A stretch of 64,000 nucleotides of DNA from Octopus bimaculoides (Eukaryota), in NCBI RefSeq assembly GCF_001194135.2, contig NC_068983.1, forward strand, positions 106,898,328-106,962,327, written 5' to 3'. Below the pieces are notes generated by a model. It made no database searches. It saw only the letters and a program-made list of their open reading frames with translations, and had not been told where the DNA came from. Position 1 is the first letter of the stretch; the number at the start of each line of letters is the position of its first letter. The position numbers and the translations under genes are program-made. Shown here piece by piece: positions 52,995 to 64,000 of this stretch.

Positions 52995-53375
52995 TTTAAA
53001 TTTGCTCATGGATGGTAATGTTTAGAATATGCAAATAAAGCTCCTATTCCATTACGCCGGCGACCATCTAATTATACTGACTAGTGAGCCAGTTTTTCGG
53101 GGTTGCATCATAGTTATGCTGATATTATGTAGGATGATTATAGCAATAATAACAATAACCTTAGGATGGAATTTATAAATATTTAATGCATTGCTATGTG
53201 TGTTTCCACAAATCACACGACTTTTAAGATCACAGTCCATATTCCTGGGATGATTACAGTGTAGTGTGTAGTATCTGTGGGCATCTGGTTGATCATCATC
53301 ATTGATTCATTTCTTCTGGTTATATGGCATTGGTGGATGAACTATAGAGGGAGGTTTTTCTCTTTTCACCAGTAT
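52990..53375. repeat. Diverged single-arm copy of the family that forms the 34.6 kb palindrome
   Basis: Colinear with 34490-34870 (atcttttaaatttg, gaatatgcaaataaagct, atttaatgcattgcta, tagtatctgt, gattcatttctt). Ends cttttcacc-agtatgaa-ggtca. Confidence 0.85.
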
Positions 53376-53393
53376 GAAGGTCATACACTATAT

Positions 53394-53432
<39 letters not shown>

Positions 53433-54680
53433 NNNNNNNNNNNNNNNNNNNNNNNNNNNNNNNNNNNNNNNNNNNNNNNNNNNNNNNNNNNNNNNNNNNN
53501 NNNNNNNNNNNNNNNNNNNNNNNNNNNNNNNNNNNNNNNNNNNNNNNNNNNNNNNNNNNNNNNNNNNNNNNNNNNNNNNNNNNNNNNNNNNNNNNNNNNN
53601 NNNNNNNNNNNNNNNNNNNNNNNNNNNNNNNNNNNNNNNNNNNNNNNNNNNNNNNNNNNNNNNNNNNNNNNNNNNNNNNNNNNNNNNNNNNNNNNNNNNN
53701 NNNNNNNNNNNNNNNNNNNNNNNNNNNNNNNNNNNNNNNNNNNNNNNNNNNNNNNNNNNNNNNNNNNNNNNNNNNNNNNNNNNNNNNNNNNNNNNNNNNN
53801 NNNNNNNNNNNNNNNNNNNNNNNNNNNNNNNNNNNNNNNNNNNNNNNNNNNNNNNNNNNNNNNNNNNNNNNNNNNNNNNNNNNNNNNNNNNNNNNNNNNN
53901 NNNNNNNNNNNNNNNNNNNNNNNNNNNNNNNNNNNNNNNNNNNNNNNNNNNNNNNNNNNNNNNNNNNNNNNNNNNNNNNNNNNNNNNNNNNNNNNNNNNN
54001 NNNNNNNNNNNNNNNNNNNNNNNNNNNNNNNNNNNNNNNNNNNNNNNNNNNNNNNNNNNNNNNNNNNNNNNNNNNNNNNNNNNNNNNNNNNNNNNNNNNN
54101 NNNNNNNNNNNNNNNNNNNNNNNNNNNNNNNNNNNNNNNNNNNNNNNNNNNNNNNNNNNNNNNNNNNNNNNNNNNNNNNNNNNNNNNNNNNNNNNNNNNN
54201 NNNNNNNNNNNNNNNNNNNNNNNNNNNNNNNNNNNNNNNNNNNNNNNNNNNNNNNNNNNNNNNNNNNNNNNNNNNNNNNNNNNNNNNNNNNNNNNNNNNN
54301 NNNNNNNNNNNNNNNNNNNNNNNNNNNNNNNNNNNNNNNNNNNNNNNNNNNNNNNNNNNNNNNNNNNNNNNNNNNNNNNNNNNNNNNNNNNNNNNNNNNN
54401 ATATATATATATATATATATATACATTGACTGGCTCCTATGTCGATGGCATGTAAAAAGCACCTGTTTGAACAGGGCCAATGCCAGTGCCGCCTGACTGG
54501 CCTCTGTGCTGGTGGCATGTAAAAAGCACCCACTACACTCTCGGAGTGGATGGCATTAAGAAGGGCATCCAGCTGAAGAACAGATTGGAGCCTGGCTTCT
54601 AGTCCTCAGTCAAACTATCCAACCCATGCTAGCATGCAAAGCCGACGTTAAATGATGATGGTGATGATGATGATGATGTG

Positions 54681-54713
<33 letters not shown>

Positions 54714-56561
54714 AGTTTTCCCTGGATGCTATCCCACAACAATGCTAGAGCTGCTTTTTAATTTGTAAAATAATTTTCTTTCACATGTGCTATGCTGCAG
54801 CTCGTCAGCAAATGGATTTCACTCTATTTGCATATAAGTCACAGACCAGTCATTCACTTTGTTTTGAGATGACCAGGGTAAATGGAATTGATGAGCTGCA
54901 ATAATACTAATATCTACCATTCTCAGTGATTCTGAGGTGAGTAGTCTTGCTTGGTTTGTGACATTCAGGTGTTCTTTAACACTCACTGTCGTTTGGGTAG
55001 CTATCCTGCAGCAAATTTGAAGAATATGCAAAACACATATGCTATATATGTGTGACTGATAGTGTTTATCGACACATACACACACACACACATGCACGCA
55101 CACAAACACTCACACACATAGACATTATGGGTTACTTTTTGAGCTTTCATCTCCCAAATCAACTCACAAAGCTTTGGTTCACCTGGAATTACAATAGAAG
55201 ATGCTTGGTCAAGGTGTTATGCAGAATGATAAAACCAAAAGCCACATGGTTGAGAAGAAAATTTCTCAACTACACAGCTATGCCTGATTCCTTATGTATA
55301 TATATTTATGTGTTCCTTTTTTCTTTTTAATTTAGAATTAATTTTAATCAGCCATCTGCTTGAAAGCAAGTTGCGAATGATAGCATCTCGTTTTCTTCAT
55401 CATCCTTTAAATCTTAAGGTTTAGTAGATTTTTATAGCCCCAGATATTATGATCATCTGTAATGTATGAATTAAAGATTTGTGCTTTCTCCCTAAGAATC
55501 CAAGATCAGTCATTCTTTGCTCTAAACAGGTTTTGTATGTATCTTGTTACTCGAACAGTAGTAGATATGAAGCTGAAAGTGTATTTTGGGTCCTGGATTT
55601 TTACATACTTTATCAATGGTCTACACTGTATTTCATGTAACATTTCTTGATGCCAGAATTGAAGTCCTCTTAATCATTAACAATAATTTTATCGTGTTGA
55701 CTAGGCTTATTATTACAGTCAAATTAACTAGTAGAATAAATATTTTCCTAGTCTATGATCATCAATATATATAATACGCTGTGTGGCTCTGTATATATAT
55801 ATTTTTTTATTCCTATCCTTTTACTTCTTTCAGTCATTTAACTGAGGCCATGCTGGAGCACTGCCATAAAGAGTTTTAGTTGAAGAAATTGACCTTAGGA
55901 CTTATTCTTTGTAAGCCTAGTACCTATTCTATTGGTCTCTTTTGCTGAACCACTAAGTTACAGGGATGTAAACACACCAACCTTGGTTGACAAACGATGG
56001 TAGAGGGACAAACATGGACACACACACATTCATGAATAAGGCTAGACACTGACAAATTTTTCAACGATATAAGGATCATATCCTATTCATGCTGTTCTTG
56101 CATTTTTCTGCACTTGCTTGAAATGAGGAATAGATGGACAGCTGACAAATGATGAAGGGTCATTCTTTATGTTACTTGTCCAGTTTTTCATTAGTTTCCA
56201 TTGTTGTTCGCGTATCAACTCGTTTGTTTTCGTATTTCATGTTGTTTACGGTTTGTGACGTCCTGTACCCATGTATGCATATATATAAATATATATAAAT
56301 ATGTATGTATGCACATATATATATGTATGCATATATATATATGTATTATTCATATATATATATATATATAGGTTCAAAAAAGGAAAAAGACAAAAAAACA
56401 ACAATGTGAAGACGTGATACAGATTGTGTAACTAGACGCTCAGGAAAGTATATGAATAATACATATATACGAAAGACTTCTTTCAGTGCCATGCAGTGGG
56501 ACTGAACCTAGAACCATGTGGTTGGGAAGCAAGCTTCTTACCACACAGCCATGCTTGTGCC

Positions 56562-56619
<58 letters not shown>

Positions 56620-57719
56620 NNNNNNNNNNNNNNNNNNNNNNNNNNNNTATATATATATATATATATATATATATAGGCACAAGCATATATATATATATAT
56701 ATATATACACACGCACACTTGTTTTTCTTTCTTTCATTTATAAATATATATGCATATATATATATATATATATATAAACCATAAAAGTCAGTAGGTATAA
56801 AAGGTGAATATTCTTTTCTACTTTAGGCAAAGGACCCAAATTTTGGGGGAGGGGGCCAGTCGATTAAATCGACCTCAGTATGCAACTGGTACTTAATCTA
56901 TCGACCTGAAAGGATGAAAGGCAAAGTCGACCTCACCAGAATTTGAACTCAGAATGTAAAGTTAGCTGATATACCACTAAGCATTTCGCCCAGCATGCTA
57001 ACGTTTCTGACAGCTCGCTGCCTTATAAAACATGAATATTATTTAACCACATGACATCCTTAGGATTATGGCTGTTTTGCAACCTTCTTCAAGCGGTATT
57101 AATTTCAGTATAGAAGAAATTATGCTTACATGTTTTCACTAATAATTATGCTCTGTAAGACAAGCAGGCAGCTTCATGAGCATGCCGTGCAAAATGCTTA
57201 GTGACATTTTGTTCGTCTTTATGCACTGAGTTCAAATTTCGTCAATGTCAGCTTTATCTTTCATCCTTTCGGGGTCAATAAAATGATTACCATTTGAACA
57301 CTGGGGCTGATGTAATTGACTTATCTCCTCTCCTGAAATTGCTGGCCTTGTGCCAAAAATGTATGTTCTGTATTATTCAATACAATTGAATATACACAAA
57401 TCAATGTAAATAAAGAAAGCTAGCACATGAGATTACCAGAACATCATTGTTACAGCAACAATTCAACTCAATGTGCATATTTGTGTGTGTGTATTTGTTT
57501 TATTGTCTCCTTGCTTTGACATTGGGCAATAGTTTTAAGTGAGTGTCACTGTCATGCAAGAATTGTTGCTTGTTCCAAATCTTCAATCTAATCATGTCTG
57601 GGCATGGTAAAATATTACCTTACTTGGAAGCAGGTGTGGGTTAGTAATAAGAAAGGCATCCAGCTTTACAAAATCTGTCCGATCCATGCGAGCATGGTAA
57701 AGGGAATTTTTGTATATAT

Positions 57720-58068
57720 CAGGGGTTCTCAATCATATTTCTTACCTATGGACCCCTTTGATTAGTATTTTATTCTTTGGACCCCATAACCATTCAGTGT
57801 CTAAAAAACTAGTTTTCAGAAACTTCGTTCAAAATTCCTATTTTGATTTTCACACATTAATTTGTGTAGGTTGAACTATGGAAAACGTTAAAGAAAGAAA
57901 CCTGGCTGTTTCTTACAATACATATCAATTCATATGTCTAAAGTAAAATTTTTTCAGGGGCCTTAAAATACTATTGTGGATCCTCAATTTAACATTTTGT
58001 TGTGTGGACTCCCAAAAATCTTATATGAACCTTCAAGAGACCATATCGAGCCTAGTTGAGAACCACTG
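57720..58068. mobile_element. hAT-type MITE (second family)
   Basis: TIR CAGGGGTTCTCAA / TTGAGAACCACTG with 8-bp TSD GTATATAT at 57712-57719 and 58069-58076. Confidence 0.85.
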
Positions 58069-59109
58069 GTATATATATTATATGGATGAAAATATTTTCA
58101 ACTGAAACATTACACCCATATCTGATTTTTAAAGTGTTTCAATACTGGGTATGTACTCAATTGCTAACATTTATCAGTGGTTTTTCCCATTATTTTGATG
58201 TGCTGTTTTCTATCATTAATAAAGCTGTTGGCATTTTAGACAACATGGGTATTCTAGTAATAGTATAAAACACTACCTTTGTAAGCAAATTCTGAATTTT
58301 GACTTGGTTGAATTTATATTTTCTAAATTGGTAATACACCTGAGATTTGGACAAGTGTGTTTCAAAATATATTTTGATGTTTTCCAGATTTGTTTCTATA
58401 ATATTTCATAATACCACTTGAACTCCTTCTACTGCTATACCAGTATTGGCAACTGACACTTCTTCAGCAACAACAATATTAGCAATACTCTTTTACAATA
58501 TTAACAGTGATAATATTTGCAGTATAGGTAGTATTATCGTCATTATGATGCTATGGCAACAATGAAGAAGATTGTGACAAAAATACATCAGACAAAACAG
58601 TATGGAAGATGAACATGCTGCCTACACTCTTCACAATATATTAAATACCTTTGTTATAAATTTCTTTCTAATACTCTTGAAAATATTCACATTGACTAAA
58701 TGTAATTGTTTTTCTGGAACTGGAAATACAGTTCTTTTAGATTAAATAAATTTTATATTTAAAATTTGAATTACTAATAAAGCTTTTGGTACAAATCTTA
58801 AGGTAAGTACGTATATCTATTAAACACTCACACAAAAGAGTTATATAGCAGCTTTGAATTGCACTTTGCTATATTAAATAAAGAAAGAACTCATTATATA
58901 ATATTGCCCTAAAAATATAAGACAAGATGTCTTTAATTATAGTTGTGCTTGATTGAGGCTTCCTGAGGCTACACAATAATGCAAAAACAACAAAGCACTT
59001 ATCTATACAAAACTACAATGTATTTAAATCAATTACAACAATCCTTGTGTAGTTATTATGGCAGCAACTATCAGAGAATATAAATATAGAAAGATTATTC
59101 CCTCCTATA

Positions 59110-60144
59110 TTAACAAAACTGTGTGCTATTGTAAGTTTGGTAGTATTTTTCTGAAAGTTTCTGACTATTGGCTTCATACATTTTATATGAAAGAATTTTT
59201 ACGTTTATCACCAACAGGAAAATCTAGATCAGAAACTTTATCTCTTAAAATATATCAGAGTGGTAAATTTGCACAGTAGAGCAGTTGCAAGAAGCAATGA
59301 TTTACATATCGCCTGCATACGAAACTTAGTTCTGGAAATATCACTTGTCATGTCAGAAAATATTTGCACAACATATTGAATCATTTCATTTGCTTCACTT
59401 CACATAGATACACACACAAAAAAAATCTGATCTTTCTTGTCTTAACTTGTCCTAAATTTGTATTATATACTGTAGGATATCTATATTTACTTATTTTATA
59501 GATGCCTCTATTGTCAATAAATACAAGAAGCTTAAAAACAGAAATCAATCACGCAGTATGCACTCACCTGGATTCCATAAATATTGTCCATTGAAACATG
59601 AGTCCTAATTTGTCCAGTCTCTAATTGCCTAGAACTATTCTTTTATCTCAGCTTGATTCAATATTTGCTTAGCTTTTTGAGATTCTGTACATATTGAAAG
59701 CAATGAATTTAGTTCCCGGTAGATATTTCACCTACATGCTCTTGTCATATAGCTTGACTATTTTATCATTCCTGTTCTGATTTTCAGTCCAGTAATGATG
59801 CAGACATCAGTATAGCCATAAATCTGGTGTCACACACCATGATTATGCAACAAATTAAAGTGATTCCCTCTCAGTTCTCCTTTCAAAGTAGATGAAAACA
59901 CAAATGTCTGACAGTCACATGTTAGGTAATTCCATTGCCTTTGAAAACATTGCCCTTTCTTGATTCCTTATAATGCATGCATATAAACATAAGAGAAGCA
60001 AATGCCATTGTGCATGGCATTTATATCTCACTGTGGTTATTGTCTATTTCAACACTGTGTGACGATTTAATACAGCAAGCACAATCTGTTTTCTCTTTGA
60101 ATTCTTTGAACAATGAATCAAAACTCTCATATGCATCAAAAGTT
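59110..60144 (-). pseudogene. Probable decayed MULE transposase / ZSWIM1-3-like sequence
   Basis: Frameshifted minus-strand peptides, in order: TFDAYESFDSLFKEFKEKTDCACCIKSSHSVE, FASLMFICMHYKESRKGNVFKGNG, CQTFVFSSTLKGELRGNHFNLLHNH and ATALLCKFTTLIYFK/KVSDLD. They resemble the FAR1/ZSWIM3 N-terminal C-H..C..HNH domain and the MULE C-x-F-H motif. Judged by eye only. Confidence 0.45.
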
Positions 60145-62597
60145 CTGTGAGAAAAGAAACAATAATTCTTTGAATTTTTCTGCAAAATCATGACCTATGG
60201 TCATGATTTCTGATGTAATTATTGTGGAATTCTTTATGAAAATGCATGAAAGGTTTAAAATGGAAGTGATTGAAGACATAGCTGAAGAGAGTAGTTTAGT
60301 CCAATCTGAGTTGAGAGAAAATAGCAATTTCATTATATCCATGTTTGTATTTAATTTGAAGAGAAATTTATCATATAGTCTAAAGTGTTGCTAAGTCAAT
60401 GGCTCAAAGAACTAATATGGGGCACCATTTTTTTCCTAGTTTTGTTTTTACTTTTTTCCATTTGTGCAATAACAGTATTTTAAATGATGCTGTAAGAAAA
60501 ATTTCTATTGGTGATAAATCAGTTATAAAATAAAACTATTTGGTGATAATTTCTATTAAATATTGCAAACGCTATTTGAATACGATTATATTTTGCCTTT
60601 AAAATAGAGGATATAGTCATACAATTGTAAAATAAGACTTGTAAACTAAATACAAACAAGCATAAAAAAAACATTATATATATGTATGTATATATATANN
60701 NNNNNNNNNNNNNNNNNNNNNNNNNNNNNNNNNNNNNNNNNNNNNNNNNNNNNNNNNNNNNNNNNNNNNNNNNNNNNNNNNNNNNNNNNNNNNNNNNNNN
60801 NNNNNNNNNNNNNNNNNNNNNNNNNNNNNNNNNNNNNNNNNNNNNNNNNNNNNNNNNNNNNNNNNNNNNNNNNNNNNNNNNNNNNNNNNNNNNNNNNNNN
60901 NNNNNNNNNNNNNNNNNNNNNNNNNNNNNNNNNNNNNNNNNNNNNNNNNNNNNNNNNNNNNNNNNNNNNNNNNNNNNNNNNNNNNNNNNNNNNNNNNNNN
61001 NNNNNNNNNNNNNNNNNNNNNNNNNNNNNNNNNNNNNNNNNNNNNNNNNNNNNNNNNNNNNNNNNNNNNNNNNNNNNNNNNNNNNNNNNNNNNNNNNNNN
61101 NNNNNNNNNNNNNNNNNNNNNNNNNNNNNNNNNNNNNNNNNNNNNNNNNNNNNNNNNNNNNNNNNNNNNNNNNNNNNNNNNNNNNNNNNNNNNNNNNNNN
61201 NNNNNNNNNNNNNNNNNNNNNNNNNNNNNNNNNNNNNNNNNNNNNNNNNNCCATACAATTTTTAAAAAAAATATTTATTAACTATATGAAAGATAACTAT
61301 GAAATTTTTTCCATTAAACTTTGCTTTTATTTAATGCAGATTACATTAAAATAATATGGCATTTCCAAATTGCTGCATATTTGTATTCAGCTATCAACAA
61401 TTTCAGATTAATGTTCTCTGAATTTCAATTTTTAGAAGATAGTGATAGGGCAATTAGAACTCAAGGAAGCTGCTGCAGATATATCAATTCAATATTAAAT
61501 GGATCTGAAATAGGCAAAAGTCAAATAGTCAAGTATATTAGTAATTAATTTTGTGTTCATCTTTATTCCAATTAATCTGTGTTCCCATTATTGTATGCAT
61601 GTTATGTGTGTGTGTGTGTGTGTGTGTGTGTATGCGTGTGCATGCATGTGTGGTGCATGTATTGCATTCATACATACTTACATATAAAAACATTATTTGG
61701 ATAGCTAAAATGCTTTACTATGTATACTGAAGAGGCATGTGAAAGAAAAAATCAGAGCTGAGAGGAAAGATCAAATCCTCAAGGAGCAGGAAAGCAAAAT
61801 AATTGCTGCATGGTTGATATCATAATGGCAGTTATAATGAAAAAAAAACAATGTTCTACAGTATGGACAAAAAGAACCTGGATATACCTTGGTAGTATCA
61901 ATATTGTTTGACACCTCCAGAAGAGTGTTATTGTCAGTTGGTAAGTGTTGATATCATTGTGATTTTCACCTGACAACTAATGGAAAGAAAGCGCTACAGT
62001 GCAAACTCTGAGTAAAAAATATATGTATGTGTGTATACCTACCTACCTACCTACCTACCTACCTACCTACCTACGAACCTACCTACCTACCTACCTACGA
62101 ACCTACATGCATACATATATGTTTGGGACAGAGGGGCAAAGGTATGTATCATCATAGCAGTCAGCTGCCCTGCAGATATAAATATTTCTTTGAAAATTAA
62201 AGAAAAAGTGGATATTTATGGACAACTTCTTTGAAACCTCCAGCTTCTATATCCAGACTATGACTTCATATTCAAACCAATAATAATTGGAGCACTGTGT
62301 TTTGTTAGTAAATGCTTAAAGGAGAATCTGGATAAGCTGAGATTTTCAGGAAGAGAAATCAACTGGCTAATTCCTACATTACAAGTACAATATGTGAGTG
62401 GAACAGTAGAAATATACAAGACTTTTCTCAAGTTCCAAATGCGAATTTGTCTGTGTTAACTACATCCCAAAGATGGAGCCTTGTATCTTTATTGGAGACT
62501 GGCTCCCTCCTCAGTAGAAAATTTATAATAATTAAAAAATAGGAGAGACATACATATATACATGCATGCATACATACATACATATATACATACATAC

Positions 62598-62926
62598 ATG
62601 ATGATGATGGCTGCCCCCTCGTTATCGAGTATGGCCATTGTACGAAGCTTAACTTAATGGTGCTGTGATCGAATGTGACTTTTTAGCCCAGCCAAAGATC
62701 TACAATGTCTTGCACAGAGTTGGCATCCAAAACCTTTACTGGCAATAGCTGGCTGTTGTTGTAATTGGGTTCCATGTACCTTTGCGTGTCGTTTAAGTCC
62801 TCCTGCTGAATCACACTCCCTTCCACATGCCCGACAGACATGATTAGTATGGTGTGTAGCATCATCACCAGCGGCCTGCTTTATCAGTCTAGCTTTATGA
62901 CTTCGAAGATGACTTATGAGTCCAGC

Positions 62927-62929
<3 letters not shown>
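62598..62929 (-). mobile_element. 5'-truncated LINE 3' end (RTE-like) encoding C-terminal C2H2-like zinc fingers, with a (CAT)n tail
   Basis: Open frame 62929-62654: KAGLISHLRSH...CRACGRECDSAGGLKRHAKVH...CQLCARHCRSLAGLKSHIRSQHH*. A ~45 nt UTR ends CTCGATAACGAGGGGGCAGC-(CAT)n. Both flanks are (TACA)n. Confidence 0.75.
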
Positions 62930-62957
<28 letters not shown>

Positions 62958-64000
62958 GCATGTTTACATACTTCTGCTAGTAACAAAGGGTTTAATTGTA
63001 TGATACATATGTACAAGGTATCATGCTGCACACTATTAAAACAGAGAAACCTTGAATGCAAAGGATTTGAGGAGCTGCAAAGACAAGAAAGAAATGAAGC
63101 TCTGCTGGATGTGCAATACCAGTGTGTATGAATGATGGAGAGCAAATAAATTGAGATAAAATTTAAATATAAGAAGAATGAAATGCAGTGTGCAAAAAAG
63201 AAGACTGTATGGGCATGCCATGAATACAGAAGAAGAAAGCTACATAAGAATACACCAGACTGAACCCAGAACCATGTAGTTGGGAAGCAAGCTTCTTACC
63301 AAACAGCCATGCCTGGAGGTTTTGAAGCAGTTGTCAATAGCTATCCTCTTTTTCTTTGATTTTCAAAACGACATTCATATCAGTAGGATAGCTGACTTGT
63401 ATGACAGTACAAAGCCTTCAGAGCATGATGCAACGTAGCAGACACGAGTCCAGGAGAATCTTCACTTCATGTCATTATTACTGTCTTTTTCAAGTCTTCG
63501 GGAAACATACTCATGCATTGTCTTTTTTTGGTGTGTTGAGCTTTTCACATCCAGGTCTTTTTTGAGGTATGTTAGTCTCGCTGTTTTGGGGTTTTATGGT
63601 TGGTCATTAGGAAATGATTGCTTCCAACATGTAGGATATTGTTCTCTACACTTTTTAGTGCTAAGTTGATATATTTATTTTTGCTGCTGCTGTTTAGCAA
63701 GTGCTCTTTGAGAGAGAAGCCTTTACTCCTCTTATCCCTTCTTAGACACTATTCCTGTGGAGATTTCCAGTTGATGTTAGTATCTTATGGGTTTTAATGT
63801 CTATAGAGTGGATTTCTTCTAGAGATCAGTCAAATATCTTAAATGTTGGAATCAGCACTGGCACTGCAAATTCGTTGTGGAATATTGTCTTACTGTAAGA
63901 GGAGAGTTCCAACTGCCACATTTTTCTAAGTCTTTTATAATATTCGTGAGTCATTCTATCTTTATTCACAATAACTTCATATGATACGTTTTCATCAATA

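Noticed and set aside
56551-56686. 15-bp inverted repeat (atgcttgtgcctata / tataggcacaagcat) around microsatellites and a small gap
   Set aside because: It straddles an assembly gap and could be a mis-oriented contig end. It is too short to call without reads.
62348-62391. Other isolated AG...GT exon-like pairs (62348-62391, 47376-47420, 1168-1303)
   Set aside because: No recognisable peptide, no phase-compatible neighbours, and one overlaps a repeat. Such pairs are expected by chance.

Overview
AT-rich eukaryotic genomic DNA, dense in microsatellites and interrupted by about 15 N-gaps, most of which end in (TA)n or (TG)n tracts. The repeat landscape (three or four tRNA-like SINE families, piggyBac/hAT/Tigger-type MITEs, Penelope-type LTR remnants) looks like an octopus or other coleoid cephalopod genome. 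That assignment is inference from repeat style, not a database match. I found no intact host protein-coding gene, so the window is intergenic or inside a very large intron, and nearly all supplied ORFs are microsatellite or gap artefacts. Recognisable elements: the 3' end of an R4/Dong-clade LINE abutting a (TAA)n array (1-473); decayed Tc1/mariner transposases (5.1, 10.9, 21.8, 40.0 kb); a deleted Gypsy LTR element (31-33.4 kb); an RTE-like LINE 3' end with three C2H2-like fingers (62.6 kb); and probable piggyBac and MULE/ZSWIM-like relics. The most interesting signals are not in the ORF track. First, a near-canonical type I hammerhead ribozyme lies on the minus strand at 39705-39770, inside a ~250 bp (TA)n-flanked retrozyme/Penelope-LTR-like unit, and two minimal hammerhead motifs lie at 9.4 and 40.8 kb. 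Second, there are five long fold-back palindromes. The 34.6-35.1 kb one shows a centre-to-edge identity gradient and has an unduplicated sister copy that suggests hairpin self-priming. Third, there is a candidate 24-nt microexon at 46970.
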